Below are positions 9,417-18,407 of a DNA stretch of 42,232 bases, piece by piece. The position numbers and the translations under genes are program-made. The notes below the pieces were generated by a model. That model saw nothing but the letters and a program-made list of their open reading frames with translations, did no database searches and was not told the origin of the DNA. The stretch spans positions 1 to 42,232 of the forward strand of contig DAOVGF010000031.1 of NCBI GenBank assembly GCA_030672545.1, given 5' to 3'. Each line of letters starts with the position of its first letter. Within the stretch, counting starts at the first letter, position 1. Source of the DNA: Candidatus Aerophobota bacterium. GTDB taxonomy: Bacteria; Aerophobota; Aerophobia; Aerophobales; Aerophobaceae.

Positions 9417-10265
9417 TCAGATTAATCTCTCTCTCAATCTTTCCTGGAAAGGACTGTAGGGACATCCTTTTTGATAATAACAAGGTAAAATAATTTTCTT
9501 TATTCTCTCTTTGAGACCGAGCTTGGGAAAAAGAACTTGAGTTTCAGCCACCAAAGTCCGCACTTCAGCAACGGCCTCATCAAAATTCAGATATTTTCCC
9601 TCTTTTCTCTTCCGCAGTCGAAGCTGTTCAGTAAGATAAAGGTAAATATCCGCCGCCGTGGCATTTCTGAATATTGAAGTAAGATCTTCCCGTCTTATTC
9701 TCTCCACCAGGGGCCGATAAATATTGCTGAACCAGTCCCGGGCCGCCTGAGAAAAAGAGAAATCTTTTCCCGTAATTCGGGCAAGGAAATTACGATGTTC
9801 CTTGATTTGCCTGATAAGGCGGTCATAGCCATCTTTTCGAGTGAGAATGACTCCTTCAATATTAGTTCGGTACTCAAAGTCGAATCTTTTCCGATAAAGA
9901 AGGTTTTCCTGATTATCCGGAGGAGGCAGAAACTCGATAACATGAGCATCAATAAATCTTTGTCCCATCTCTTTAGCCACAGAAATACGATGATGTCCAT
10001 CAAGAACAAAATATTCATCCTTGATCTTGTAAAGTTCAATTAAGGGAAGGGGACCACCTTGCTCAAAAAGTTTCTTGATAGATTTCAGGCGCTCAATCTC
10101 CCCCAGACCTCTAAACTTAAAATCTTTATCCAGACATCTACCCACACTGCCGGTTATTCGGCTTAGGTCAACTGGATATATTCCCAAATCTATGCGGGAA
10201 ACCAGGTTCTTTTTCCGCCGCTCATGATCAAAACACTTCAAGATTTTCCGAGGCCGTAGCAGCAA
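9417..10265 (-). CDS. ParB/Sulfiredoxin-like N-terminal domain fused to a DUF4032-like helical domain
   Basis: ITGSVGR and LPLIELYKIKDEYFVLDGHHRISVA (ParB/Srx box); C-terminal IKEHRNFL...AARDWFSNIYRPLV pattern. Confidence 0.75.
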   Translation of the reverse strand: MLLRPRKILKCFDHERRKKNLVSRIDLGIYPVDLSRITGSVGRCLDKDFKFRGLGEIERLKSIKKLFEQGGPLPLIELYKIKDEYFVLDGHHRISVAKEMGQRFIDAHVIEFLPPPDNQENLLYRKRFDFEYRTNIEGVILTRKDGYDRLIRQIKEHRNFLARITGKDFSFSQAARDWFSNIYRPLVERIRREDLTSIFRNATAADIYLYLTEQLRLRKRKEGKYLNFDEAVAEVRTLVAETQVLFPKLGLKERIKKIILPCYYQKGCPYSPFQERLRERLI

Positions 10266-10268
10266 ATT

Positions 10269-10919
10269 TTAGCTCCTTTGGCTGGTAAGAAACTTTGTTT
10301 TTTCGGGGAGTTTTTCTACTTCAAAAATATAATAGCCGTTAATATTGATTACCCTGGTTTTTTCAATTAAGGTCTCCCGCTCCCGACTATACCCATATCT
10401 AAAATGAATATGACCGTGGAGAAAGAATCTGGGCTGATAACGAGAGATAAATTGACGAAAGACCTTAAAACCTTGATGACAGACGTCCTTGCCATCGTGA
10501 ACTCCCTGGGGAGGAGCGTGGGTGAGAACAATATCGGGAACCCCTTTAAAGAAAATTCTGGGCCTGAGCTTGAAAACCTTCCAGTTCATCTGGCCTTGAG
10601 TATATTCCACGCCTCTTCCTCCATACCACATTGATCCTTCCAGGCCCATTATTTTAATTCCTTGGTATTCAACAATTTTCCCATCTATATTCTCACAACC
10701 CAGAGGAGGTCTTTTCGTATAAATAATATCATGATTTCCTCGGACATAAAACAGACGTTTGTTGAGCATACTTACCAGGAAAGATAAAAAACGAGGTCTT
10801 AGATCTCCGCCGGAAAGAATCAAATCTATATCTGAAAAATTGGACTTATCGAAATAATCATAAAGGTATGGATTAATCTCATCTCCTATAGCTAAAATTT
10901 TTATCTTGTTATTCTCCAC
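10269..10919 (-). CDS. Calcineurin-like metallophosphoesterase
   Basis: GDE, GGDL, GNHD, THAPP and HGHIH motifs. Confidence 0.9.
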   Translation of the reverse strand: MENNKIKILAIGDEINPYLYDYFDKSNFSDIDLILSGGDLRPRFLSFLVSMLNKRLFYVRGNHDIIYTKRPPLGCENIDGKIVEYQGIKIMGLEGSMWYGGRGVEYTQGQMNWKVFKLRPRIFFKGVPDIVLTHAPPQGVHDGKDVCHQGFKVFRQFISRYQPRFFLHGHIHFRYGYSRERETLIEKTRVININGYYIFEVEKLPEKTKFLTSQRS

Positions 10920-10936
10920 TTGGCCAACCTGGGTTA

Positions 10937-10965
10937 ATTATTATCCAAATTGGCTTTTCTGTCAA
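10937..10965 (-). promoter_or_regulatory. sigma70-type promoter for the phosphoesterase operon
   Basis: TTGACA (10965-10960), 17-bp spacer, AATAAT. Confidence 0.5.
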
Positions 10966-11000
10966 GAAAAAAGAGAACCGTCTCCTTTTCCCCCAGGAAG

Positions 11001-11028
11001 TTGACTTACCCCATTCTCTAAATATAAT
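11001..11028 (+). promoter_or_regulatory. sigma70-type promoter for PBP1A
   Basis: TTGACT, 16-bp spacer, TATAAT. Confidence 0.7.
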
Positions 11029-11140
11029 AGCATATATGAAATGGGCCAGATGATGCCTGGACTCAAGCCAATGGGAAAACTGCTTACCTTGGCTCTTACT
11101 TTGTTACCAAGGAGATAGCTTTTCCCAGAAAAAGAAGGTT

Positions 11141-13210
11141 GTGTTTATGATGAGAATAAGAACTTCTCTAACCTACGTCTTTCTTACCTGTCTGTTTATA
11201 ATCCTGGGAGTTAAGGGGGGTTACTATTTGCTCGATTTGTATGAACTTCCCCAAATCGAGCAAATAGGAGAGTATCAACCCAATCTAATTACCACCATGT
11301 ATTCCCAGGAGGGAGAAGTGATAGCTGAGTTTTTTCTGGAAAGAAGAGAAGTAGTTCTTCTTTCCCGGGTCCCCCCGGAGGTGCAACTTGCTTTTATTGC
11401 TGCCGAAGACCAGCGATTTTATCAGCACCGAGGGATTGACATAAGACGTATTGCTAAAGCTGCCTGGATTGACTTGATTACCTGGAGCCGGGCCCAGGGA
11501 GCCAGTACTATTACCCAACAATTAACCAGAAACCTGTTTCTTACCCAGGAAAAAACTCTCGAGCGGAAAATAAAGGAAGCCTTTTTGGCCCTCCAGATTG
11601 AGAGGAAATATAGCAAAGATGAAGTTTTGGAAATGTATCTCAACCAGATTTACTTTGGAAATGGTGTTTATGGAGTGGCCGAAGCAGCTTCATTTTATCT
11701 TAACAAAAAAGTAGAGAAGCTAAATATTGCTGAAGCAGCTTTCCTGGCGGCTATACCAAAAAATCCTTCCCTTTATTCCCCGGTGAGATACCCTGAAAAT
11801 ACTCACCAGAGAAAAAAATTCATTCTGAGAAAAATGTTTCAGCTTGGTTTTATTAGCCAGGAGAAATGGGAGCAGGCCAAGGATTTTACCATCAAGGTTA
11901 CTCCGGGAATGCCTAAAAAAGAGATCGGAAATATCTATCAGGCTCCTTATTTTGTGGAATGGATTCGCCAACAAATAAACGAGAAATATGGATATGATAG
12001 GCTTTGGCGAGGAGGACTCAAAATTTACACCACCCTAAACTTATCTATGCAGAGAGCCGCCGAGGAAGCTCTGATTGACTATTTGAAAGAAAAAAACTTT
12101 CAGGGAGCTCTAATAGCCACGGATCCCCATACCGGATATGTCAAGGCCCTGATAGGGGGTAGAAATTTTGAAGAAAGCCAGTTTAATCGGGCTACTCAGG
12201 CTCATCGTCAGACTGGCTCAGCTTTCAAAATTGTTACTTATACTGCGGCCATTGATACAGGTAAGTTCAACCCGGTAACTCCCTTTTACGATGGGCCAAT
12301 TGCTTTCCGCACTAAAAGACAAGGTGGGAGCAGTGGACAAATCGGTCTAAAGGGAAAATATTGGATTCCCTTAAACTACGAGAAACACTTCTGGGGAAAT
12401 GTGTTTCTTTGGGAAATGCTGGCTCACTCCATTAATGTTTCCTCGATCAGACTACTACAGAAAGTAGGCATAGGAACAACCATTGAGTACGCCCGTAAAT
12501 TGGGTATTGAAAGTCCCTTGAGTCGAGACCTCACTCTCACTCTGGGAACTTCAGGAGTAACTCTTCTGGAGATAGTCAGAGCTTACAGCACTATTGCTAA
12601 TTATGGGATAAGAACCAAACCTATTTTTGTTCAGCGCGTTGAAGACCGACAGGGAACTATCCTGGAGGAGAACTTCCCTCAAGCAAAAATAGTTTTGTCA
12701 CCTCAAAGTGCCTTTGTTATGATTGACCTTCTAAAGAAAGTTGTTGACAATGGTACCGGACGGAGAGTTCGCTGGATGGGATTTGAGAGACCCTGTTGCG
12801 GAAAAACAGGAACAGTAGGATGGCCAAAAGAACAAGAGACCAACAAGACTATTGACGCTTGGTTTATCGGATTCACTCCTGATCTGGTGGCAGGTGTTTG
12901 GATAGGCAAAGATGACGCTACTCCTCTGGGGGAACATATGACTGGAAGTAAGGCGGCTATCCCTCCCTGGGTAGAATTCATGAAAAAAGCTCTAAAAGAG
13001 AAACCGATAAAGGATTTTCCCTCACCTCGGGAAATTGTTTTTAGAGAGATAGATATTGAGACTGGCCTCTTGGCCACTCCTAAGTCTGAGGACACACTGT
13101 GGTTTGCCTTTCTCAAAGGAACCACTCCGGAAAAGTACCACAATTATCCGGAGAAAGAAGACACTTATACCAGAGAATTTAAACCTTATTTTCATCTATC
13201 CCTTCGTTAG
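11141..13210 (+). CDS. Class A penicillin-binding protein (PBP1A family)
   Basis: Transglycosylase motifs EDQRFYQHRG, GASTITQQ and RKIKE; transpeptidase SAFK, SIN and KTG. The start may instead be ATG 11147 or 11150. Confidence 0.95.
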   Translation: MFMMRIRTSLTYVFLTCLFIILGVKGGYYLLDLYELPQIEQIGEYQPNLITTMYSQEGEVIAEFFLERREVVLLSRVPPEVQLAFIAAEDQRFYQHRGIDIRRIAKAAWIDLITWSRAQGASTITQQLTRNLFLTQEKTLERKIKEAFLALQIERKYSKDEVLEMYLNQIYFGNGVYGVAEAASFYLNKKVEKLNIAEAAFLAAIPKNPSLYSPVRYPENTHQRKKFILRKMFQLGFISQEKWEQAKDFTIKVTPGMPKKEIGNIYQAPYFVEWIRQQINEKYGYDRLWRGGLKIYTTLNLSMQRAAEEALIDYLKEKNFQGALIATDPHTGYVKALIGGRNFEESQFNRATQAHRQTGSAFKIVTYTAAIDTGKFNPVTPFYDGPIAFRTKRQGGSSGQIGLKGKYWIPLNYEKHFWGNVFLWEMLAHSINVSSIRLLQKVGIGTTIEYARKLGIESPLSRDLTLTLGTSGVTLLEIVRAYSTIANYGIRTKPIFVQRVEDRQGTILEENFPQAKIVLSPQSAFVMIDLLKKVVDNGTGRRVRWMGFERPCCGKTGTVGWPKEQETNKTIDAWFIGFTPDLVAGVWIGKDDATPLGEHMTGSKAAIPPWVEFMKKALKEKPIKDFPSPREIVFREIDIETGLLATPKSEDTLWFAFLKGTTPEKYHNYPEKEDTYTREFKPYFHLSLR

Positions 13211-13258
13211 ACCAAATGTTAATAAGACTTATTCTTAGATGAAAGGGAGGTGAGATAA

Positions 13259-13408
13259 ATGTTCGGGATGGTACGGGATCCTGTCTGCAAGGTAAAAATC
13301 AAAAAAACCGAAGCCTCTGCTACCTCTGAATACCAGGGAAAGCTTTATTATTTTTGCTCGGAGAAATGCAGGGATAAATTTGATAAAGACCCGGACAATT
13401 ATCGGTAG
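13259..13408 (+). CDS. YHS-domain small protein (49 aa)
   Basis: Below the track cutoff. Translation MFGMVRDPVCKVKIKKTEASATSEYQGKLYYFCSEKCRDKFDKDPDNYR has DPVC and YYFCSxxC; SD GGAGGTG upstream. Confidence 0.9.
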   Translation: MFGMVRDPVCKVKIKKTEASATSEYQGKLYYFCSEKCRDKFDKDPDNYR

Positions 13409-13563
13409 GTCTCGTTTTTCTCCTGGTAACAAGGTGAGAGAACACTGGTGAAATTTTTGAGTCGAAGAGACACCAAAAGAAGAGGGTTATTTTTCAAATT
13501 TTTTGATTCAGGAAACCCGGGAGGCTAAACCCTACTCTACCCTGGTAGCTCCAAAGAGTAAAG

Positions 13564-14337
13564 ATGAAAATAGTTACCTTAATCACTGATTTTCTATCCG
13601 ATTTGTATATCGGTCAGATAAAGGGAGTAATTCTATCAATCAACCCGGAAATTAACCTCATAGATATCAGTCACCGGGTGCAAAGTTATAATATACTGGA
13701 GGCAGCATTTCTGGTGTCCCAAGTCTATGCGGTTTTTCCCACAAATTCTCTTCATCTGGCCGTAGTTGATCCCACAGTAGGGAGTAGGCGCCGGGGGATA
13801 ATTGTCAAAACTGAGAAATATTATCTAGTTGGACCGGATAATGGGCTTTTTTCTTTAATTTTTACCAAAGAAAAACCTCTGAAGATCTATGAAATAAACC
13901 TAAAGAAATTTCCCGAAGCTAGTTTTACCTTCCAGGCCCGAGATATTTTTGCTCCGGTGGTGGGTTACCTTTCTTTGGGATACTTACCCGAGAAGTTTGG
14001 CCGAGAAATCAAAAAAATCCAGGGCTTAAAATTGAAGGAGGGTGTGGTCTTGTTCGTAGATGGATTTGGTAATATCATTACCAATGTCAAAAAGAAGTTT
14101 CGGTCTGGAGAAAAGTTAATAGTAGAGTATAGGGAAAGGAGAATCCAGGCCCAATTTGTGCGAACTTTTGCTCAAGGAAGAGATAACGAATTTATTGTTC
14201 TCACCGGGAGCTCCGGATTTCTTGAATTGGACAAAAATAAGGAATCAGCAGCCAAAGATTTGGGAATCAAAGTCGGAGACGAAATAACGATTAAGAGCGC
14301 TTCTGGAGAGAAATTTCCTCTAACTAAGGTAAAATAG
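13564..14337 (+). CDS. SAM hydroxide adenosyltransferase / SAM-dependent halogenase family (DUF62)
   Basis: TDF, HLAVVDPTVGSRRR, GPDNG, TFQARDIFAP and DGFGNIITN motifs. Confidence 0.9.
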   Translation: MKIVTLITDFLSDLYIGQIKGVILSINPEINLIDISHRVQSYNILEAAFLVSQVYAVFPTNSLHLAVVDPTVGSRRRGIIVKTEKYYLVGPDNGLFSLIFTKEKPLKIYEINLKKFPEASFTFQARDIFAPVVGYLSLGYLPEKFGREIKKIQGLKLKEGVVLFVDGFGNIITNVKKKFRSGEKLIVEYRERRIQAQFVRTFAQGRDNEFIVLTGSSGFLELDKNKESAAKDLGIKVGDEITIKSASGEKFPLTKVK

Positions 14338-14384
14338 TTTTTAAGAAAAACCTATAATCAAAAATTAACTGAGGAGAGGATAAA

Positions 14385-15380
14385 ATGACCCACTTGGAAA
14401 AGTTGAGGGTAGGAGTGGTGGGAGTAGGTTTTATTGGTGAGTTACACGCCAGAATTTTTTCTGAGATTCCTACGGCTGATTTGGTTGCCGTGGCCGACCC
14501 AGATAAAGAAAGAGCAAAAAAAATAGGGGAAAAATTCCAATGTCGGTATTATCAGGACTACTCAGAATTATTCAATGAAAAAGATATCCAGGCTGTTAGC
14601 ATTTGTGTTCCTGATCGCTATCACCTTGAACCAGCAATAGCTGCAGCCAAAGCCGGTAAAAACATTTTATTGGAAAAACCTATCGCCAGAACAGTAGAAG
14701 ATGCAGAAAAAATCAGAAAAGCTGCTGAAGATAACGGCGTAAGATTGATGGTCGCTCACCTACTTCGATTTGATCCCAGGTATGTACAGCTTCATGACAG
14801 AATTCAAAGAGGGGATTTAGGAGAAATCATCCATATTAGAGCGAAGCGACAAAATCCTAAATCTATTCAGGATCGCCTGCAAGGACGGACATCTATGCTT
14901 TATTATGTTGGCGTACATGACATAGATTTAGTTCTTTGGTATACCAATAGTGAAGTTGAGGAAATCTATGCCAAGAAAGTTTCCAAGATGTATAAGGAAG
15001 ATTGTATATTTGTTCTTTTCAGTTTGAAAAATGGTGTAGTGGGTAGTCTGGAATTCAGTTGGTCTCTTCCAGAAAGTTACCCGTCCGGGATTTGGAGTGA
15101 GGTGGAGATAGTGGGAACAAAGGGAGCGGGTCACATAGACATCTGCGATCAGGGACTCGTTCTATGTACAAATGGATTTAATTTTCCCGATACTCTCCAT
15201 TGGCCAGAGTATAACGGAAAGATATTTGGTGATCTTAGAGACGAGCTGATGCATTTTGTAGAAGCAATTACTAATCATAAAGAGCTATTAATGCCCACCG
15301 AGGATTCAATCAAAGCGGTGGAATTTATTGAAGCTTGCCTGAAATCCATAGAAAAAGGTACTCCGATTAAGTTAGGTTAA
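14385..15380 (+). CDS. Gfo/Idh/MocA family NAD(P)-dependent oxidoreductase
   Basis: GVGFIG, EKP and GVHDID motifs; SD GAGGAG. Confidence 0.92.
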   Translation: MTHLEKLRVGVVGVGFIGELHARIFSEIPTADLVAVADPDKERAKKIGEKFQCRYYQDYSELFNEKDIQAVSICVPDRYHLEPAIAAAKAGKNILLEKPIARTVEDAEKIRKAAEDNGVRLMVAHLLRFDPRYVQLHDRIQRGDLGEIIHIRAKRQNPKSIQDRLQGRTSMLYYVGVHDIDLVLWYTNSEVEEIYAKKVSKMYKEDCIFVLFSLKNGVVGSLEFSWSLPESYPSGIWSEVEIVGTKGAGHIDICDQGLVLCTNGFNFPDTLHWPEYNGKIFGDLRDELMHFVEAITNHKELLMPTEDSIKAVEFIEACLKSIEKGTPIKLG

Positions 15381-15433
15381 GATCTAAGGCTGGTTAATAG
15401 TTTCTGACCGGAACAATAATAAAACGGTCTTTA

Positions 15434-16924
15434 TTATTGATTTTTCCTCCACGATGAAAGATTTAGATCATCCAGGGGGAAAATTGGCCGGGGTATCTTC
15501 TTATAGGATCTCTTGCTATAATCCCAGTTGGCAAAGCCTGGACTATTAAAAAAAAGTGTTTTCCGGGCCACTGATTTATAAGTGATTAGATTAAGCAGAC
15601 CATCTTTTAAAACAATAATCTTTTTGTCCTCGGGTTCAATATGTAAACTACGAAGCATAGCCGGATCATGAATTGAGGCACCCTGGGAGATGAGTATTAT
15701 GTCTATTCCATTCACCTCAAATACTACGGTAGGCCCCATGTCTATTTCTCTTTCGGTGAATTGAAAATCCTTACCCCAGTATTTACCTTCGGAGATGACT
15801 TTTACCGTCCCGGTAACCGTAACCGGTTTAGCATTTATTTGATCCATTTTACCGCCTATTTTGACAGTCAGACTTTTATCCACCCCGGCCTCAATACATT
15901 TATCCACTGCATCAGGGTCAACGATAGCTGCTATGACCGCATTTTTCACCTTTCTTCTGATGAAACTCCGGAGAAAAAAAGGTACATCGCCTGCTGCTCC
16001 TGCCCAAAAACAATCTCCCGTGTCAACAAAAAGTATTGGTCTATCTGACGAAGTAAGAGCCTGATCAATTCCTTGGTCAATAGTGGGAGCGTCCAGGGTA
16101 AATTCATGACGCATATCCCACATCAGTTGAGCAAATCTATCGGTCTCAAATTGGGCTAATTGTTCATCTTTTTTGGCTACCACGAGAACAGAAGAACCAA
16201 CTTCTTTAATATCGGCCAGTGAGTAACCAATGAAGAAGGAAGCCGACAGAATTTCTTCTTTTCTTTCAAGTTCTTTGATTCTTTGTACTAACTTTGCTCT
16301 GGGTTTCGGAGAAGACTCTCCCGGTAACAACGCAGGTAGTTTTCTCATACACATTACAGGTCTAATTTTGTTTTTCATTAAAAAACTCATTAGGTGAGCC
16401 GCTTGTTGTCCTACTTTACTTTGATCAATATGAGGATGAGTGCGGTATCCAATTAAAAAATCCGCATACTTCACCATATCCGGGGAAACATTAGCATGAT
16501 GATCTAAAGTGACCCCCACTGGAATGGCATTTCCCGTAATTTCCCTGATTCTACGGAGTAGATAACCCTCTGGATCGTCCAAATCCTCAGTGACCATAGC
16601 CCCATGAAGAAACAATAAAATTCCTTCTAATTGCTGTTTTGTCTTTTGTATTCTTTCAAGTAAATTTTGCTCCAGAAACTTGAAAGCTACTGTGGTAACC
16701 GGACCTGAGGGTATCGCCGAAGCAGAAATTGTAGGAACAAGCTCTATTCCTTGATTTTCTGCAACTTCCAGAGCACCCTTTAGTTCCGAGTTCTTTTCTC
16801 TATGGTAATTCAGAATATCCTCATCCAGTAAAAGTTCATATTCCTGAAAACATTTTAGATCTGTCTTCACCAGAGAAAAAGTATTAGATTCATGACAGAT
16901 ACTCCCTACGGCTACTAGCATCAT
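15434..16924 (-). CDS. MlrC-like M81 family metallohydrolase
   Basis: HESNTFS, LHGAM, DHHAN, YRTHPHID and DTGD motifs. Confidence 0.88.
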   Translation of the reverse strand: MMLVAVGSICHESNTFSLVKTDLKCFQEYELLLDEDILNYHREKNSELKGALEVAENQGIELVPTISASAIPSGPVTTVAFKFLEQNLLERIQKTKQQLEGILLFLHGAMVTEDLDDPEGYLLRRIREITGNAIPVGVTLDHHANVSPDMVKYADFLIGYRTHPHIDQSKVGQQAAHLMSFLMKNKIRPVMCMRKLPALLPGESSPKPRAKLVQRIKELERKEEILSASFFIGYSLADIKEVGSSVLVVAKKDEQLAQFETDRFAQLMWDMRHEFTLDAPTIDQGIDQALTSSDRPILFVDTGDCFWAGAAGDVPFFLRSFIRRKVKNAVIAAIVDPDAVDKCIEAGVDKSLTVKIGGKMDQINAKPVTVTGTVKVISEGKYWGKDFQFTEREIDMGPTVVFEVNGIDIILISQGASIHDPAMLRSLHIEPEDKKIIVLKDGLLNLITYKSVARKTLFFNSPGFANWDYSKRSYKKIPRPIFPLDDLNLSSWRKNQ

Positions 16925-16970
16925 TTCTCCTCCTGGTCTTTTAAGAAGATATTTACTTCAGGCGTTATTA

Positions 16971-18209
16971 TTATGAGAGAAGCTCTAAGCAGTTTTTCTT
17001 AATTTTCCATATAGCTTCCACGATTGTGTCCATATCGTTGGTGGTACCCAAGAGAGCTCGATGAGATATCCAGACCATTTGACGGGAAAGTCGAGAAGCC
17101 ACCGGAAAATCTGCGGCCTTGGGTTGAAAGTGACCCGGATAATGAGGGCATTCCACCGGACACCCCCGGGGACGAAATTGCTTCTCGGTAAATAGTTCAA
17201 GTTCGTGGATGGCCGGGTAAGGTCTTTCAACCGGTATACCCTCTGCCTTTAAAGCTCTGGCAAAAGTCTCCCGCGGTAATTTCTCAAAATATTCTTCTTG
17301 GTAGAGGAAGGGATACAAATATAAACCCCTCTTGGTTACTCGACTATCACATTGTTGAGGAATGATCCCCGGAATCAATTGTAGTTGCTGGGTAAGATAA
17401 CGGGCATTTTTGTTTCGAATATTAAGATGCTCAGGTAATCTCTTCAGTTGAACTCGCAGCACCGCCGCTTGTAACTCGGTCAGGCGGTAATTAGAGCCTA
17501 AACGAAAGTGACAATAATCATGTTCACCTTTATGTCTTCCACAATTAATAATGGAAGCACATTCTTCTGCCAGAGTCTTGTCATCAGTAATAATAATTCC
17601 TCCTTCGCCGGCAGTCATAGTTTTGCTGGCCTGCATACTAAAAGTGCCTAAATTGGCAAAAGTCCCAATTTTTTTGCTTTTCCACTCTGCACCATGAGCA
17701 TGAGCCGAGTCCTCGATCCATTTCAATTGGTGTTGGGAAACAATCTTGCCTAGGGCATCTAAATCAGCGGGATGACCAGCAAAATGCACGGGAATAATTG
17801 CTTTGGTTCTGTCAGTAATTACTGCCTCTACTTGTTTAGGATCAAGGCAAAAAGTTTTCTCATCCACATCAACCAGCAAAGGTACTGCGTTGGCATAAAG
17901 AACGGCTGACGCCGTAGCCATAAAGGTATAGTCCGGCACTATAACTTCATCACCGGGTCCTATATCCAAAGCCGTGAGAGCCACTTCGATAGCATGAGAT
18001 CCGTTAGTGACTGCTAGGGCGTATGAAGCCTCCTGAAATCGCGCAAATTCAACTTCAAAATCGTCTACCATGTGCCCCTGAGTGCAGAACCAATTTCCAC
18101 TCTGGATAACCGAGGTAACTGCTTCTAACTCCTGTTGATCCCATATAGGCCACTTTGGAAAGGGTTTCTTTCGTACAGGTACTCCGTCTTTTAGTGCAAG
18201 TTTAGCCAT
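16971..18209 (-). CDS. DegT/DnrJ/EryC1/StrS PLP aminotransferase, RifK/BtrR/StsC-like
   Basis: LAL-GG-PV---P-WP style N-terminus; EDSAHAHG; FSMQASKTMTAGEGG (PLP lysine); GSNYRL. Confidence 0.9.
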   Translation of the reverse strand: MAKLALKDGVPVRKKPFPKWPIWDQQELEAVTSVIQSGNWFCTQGHMVDDFEVEFARFQEASYALAVTNGSHAIEVALTALDIGPGDEVIVPDYTFMATASAVLYANAVPLLVDVDEKTFCLDPKQVEAVITDRTKAIIPVHFAGHPADLDALGKIVSQHQLKWIEDSAHAHGAEWKSKKIGTFANLGTFSMQASKTMTAGEGGIIITDDKTLAEECASIINCGRHKGEHDYCHFRLGSNYRLTELQAAVLRVQLKRLPEHLNIRNKNARYLTQQLQLIPGIIPQQCDSRVTKRGLYLYPFLYQEEYFEKLPRETFARALKAEGIPVERPYPAIHELELFTEKQFRPRGCPVECPHYPGHFQPKAADFPVASRLSRQMVWISHRALLGTTNDMDTIVEAIWKIKKNCLELLS

Positions 18210-18276
18210 AGTTTCTACTCCCTCTGTTACATAATATATTAGTTGATTATTGGTTGATTTTTATCTTGATTAATTT

Positions 18277-18305
18277 AGGCTATCTCAAATTTTCCATCCT
18301 GTCAA
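18277..18305 (-). promoter_or_regulatory. sigma70-type promoter for aminotransferase-MlrC
   Basis: TTGACA (18305-18300), 17-bp spacer, TAGCCT. Confidence 0.45.
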
Positions 18306-18407
18306 TCAACACATCAAATCTCTTCAGCTTGGGGAAAATTTTGAGTATTGCCTCAACAAATACCTACATCGGGAGACTTTTCCCGGAACTGAAGAGAGAC
18401 TGGAAAA

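Noticed and set aside
9417-10265. Chromosome or plasmid partition ParB
   Set aside because: No parA, no recognisable HTH, and no parS-like palindrome noticed.
15406-15432. Terminator between convergent genes
   Set aside because: Only a 5-bp stem (GACCG/CGGTC) with a 14-nt loop; too weak to call.
15434-16924. Microcystin degradation locus
   Set aside because: mlrA, mlrB and mlrD are absent, and the M81 family is broad.
16971-18209. AHBA/ansamycin or O-antigen biosynthetic cluster
   Set aside because: No PKS, aminoDAHP synthase, kinase, glycosyltransferase or NDP-sugar genes; the neighbouring transporter is an importer.
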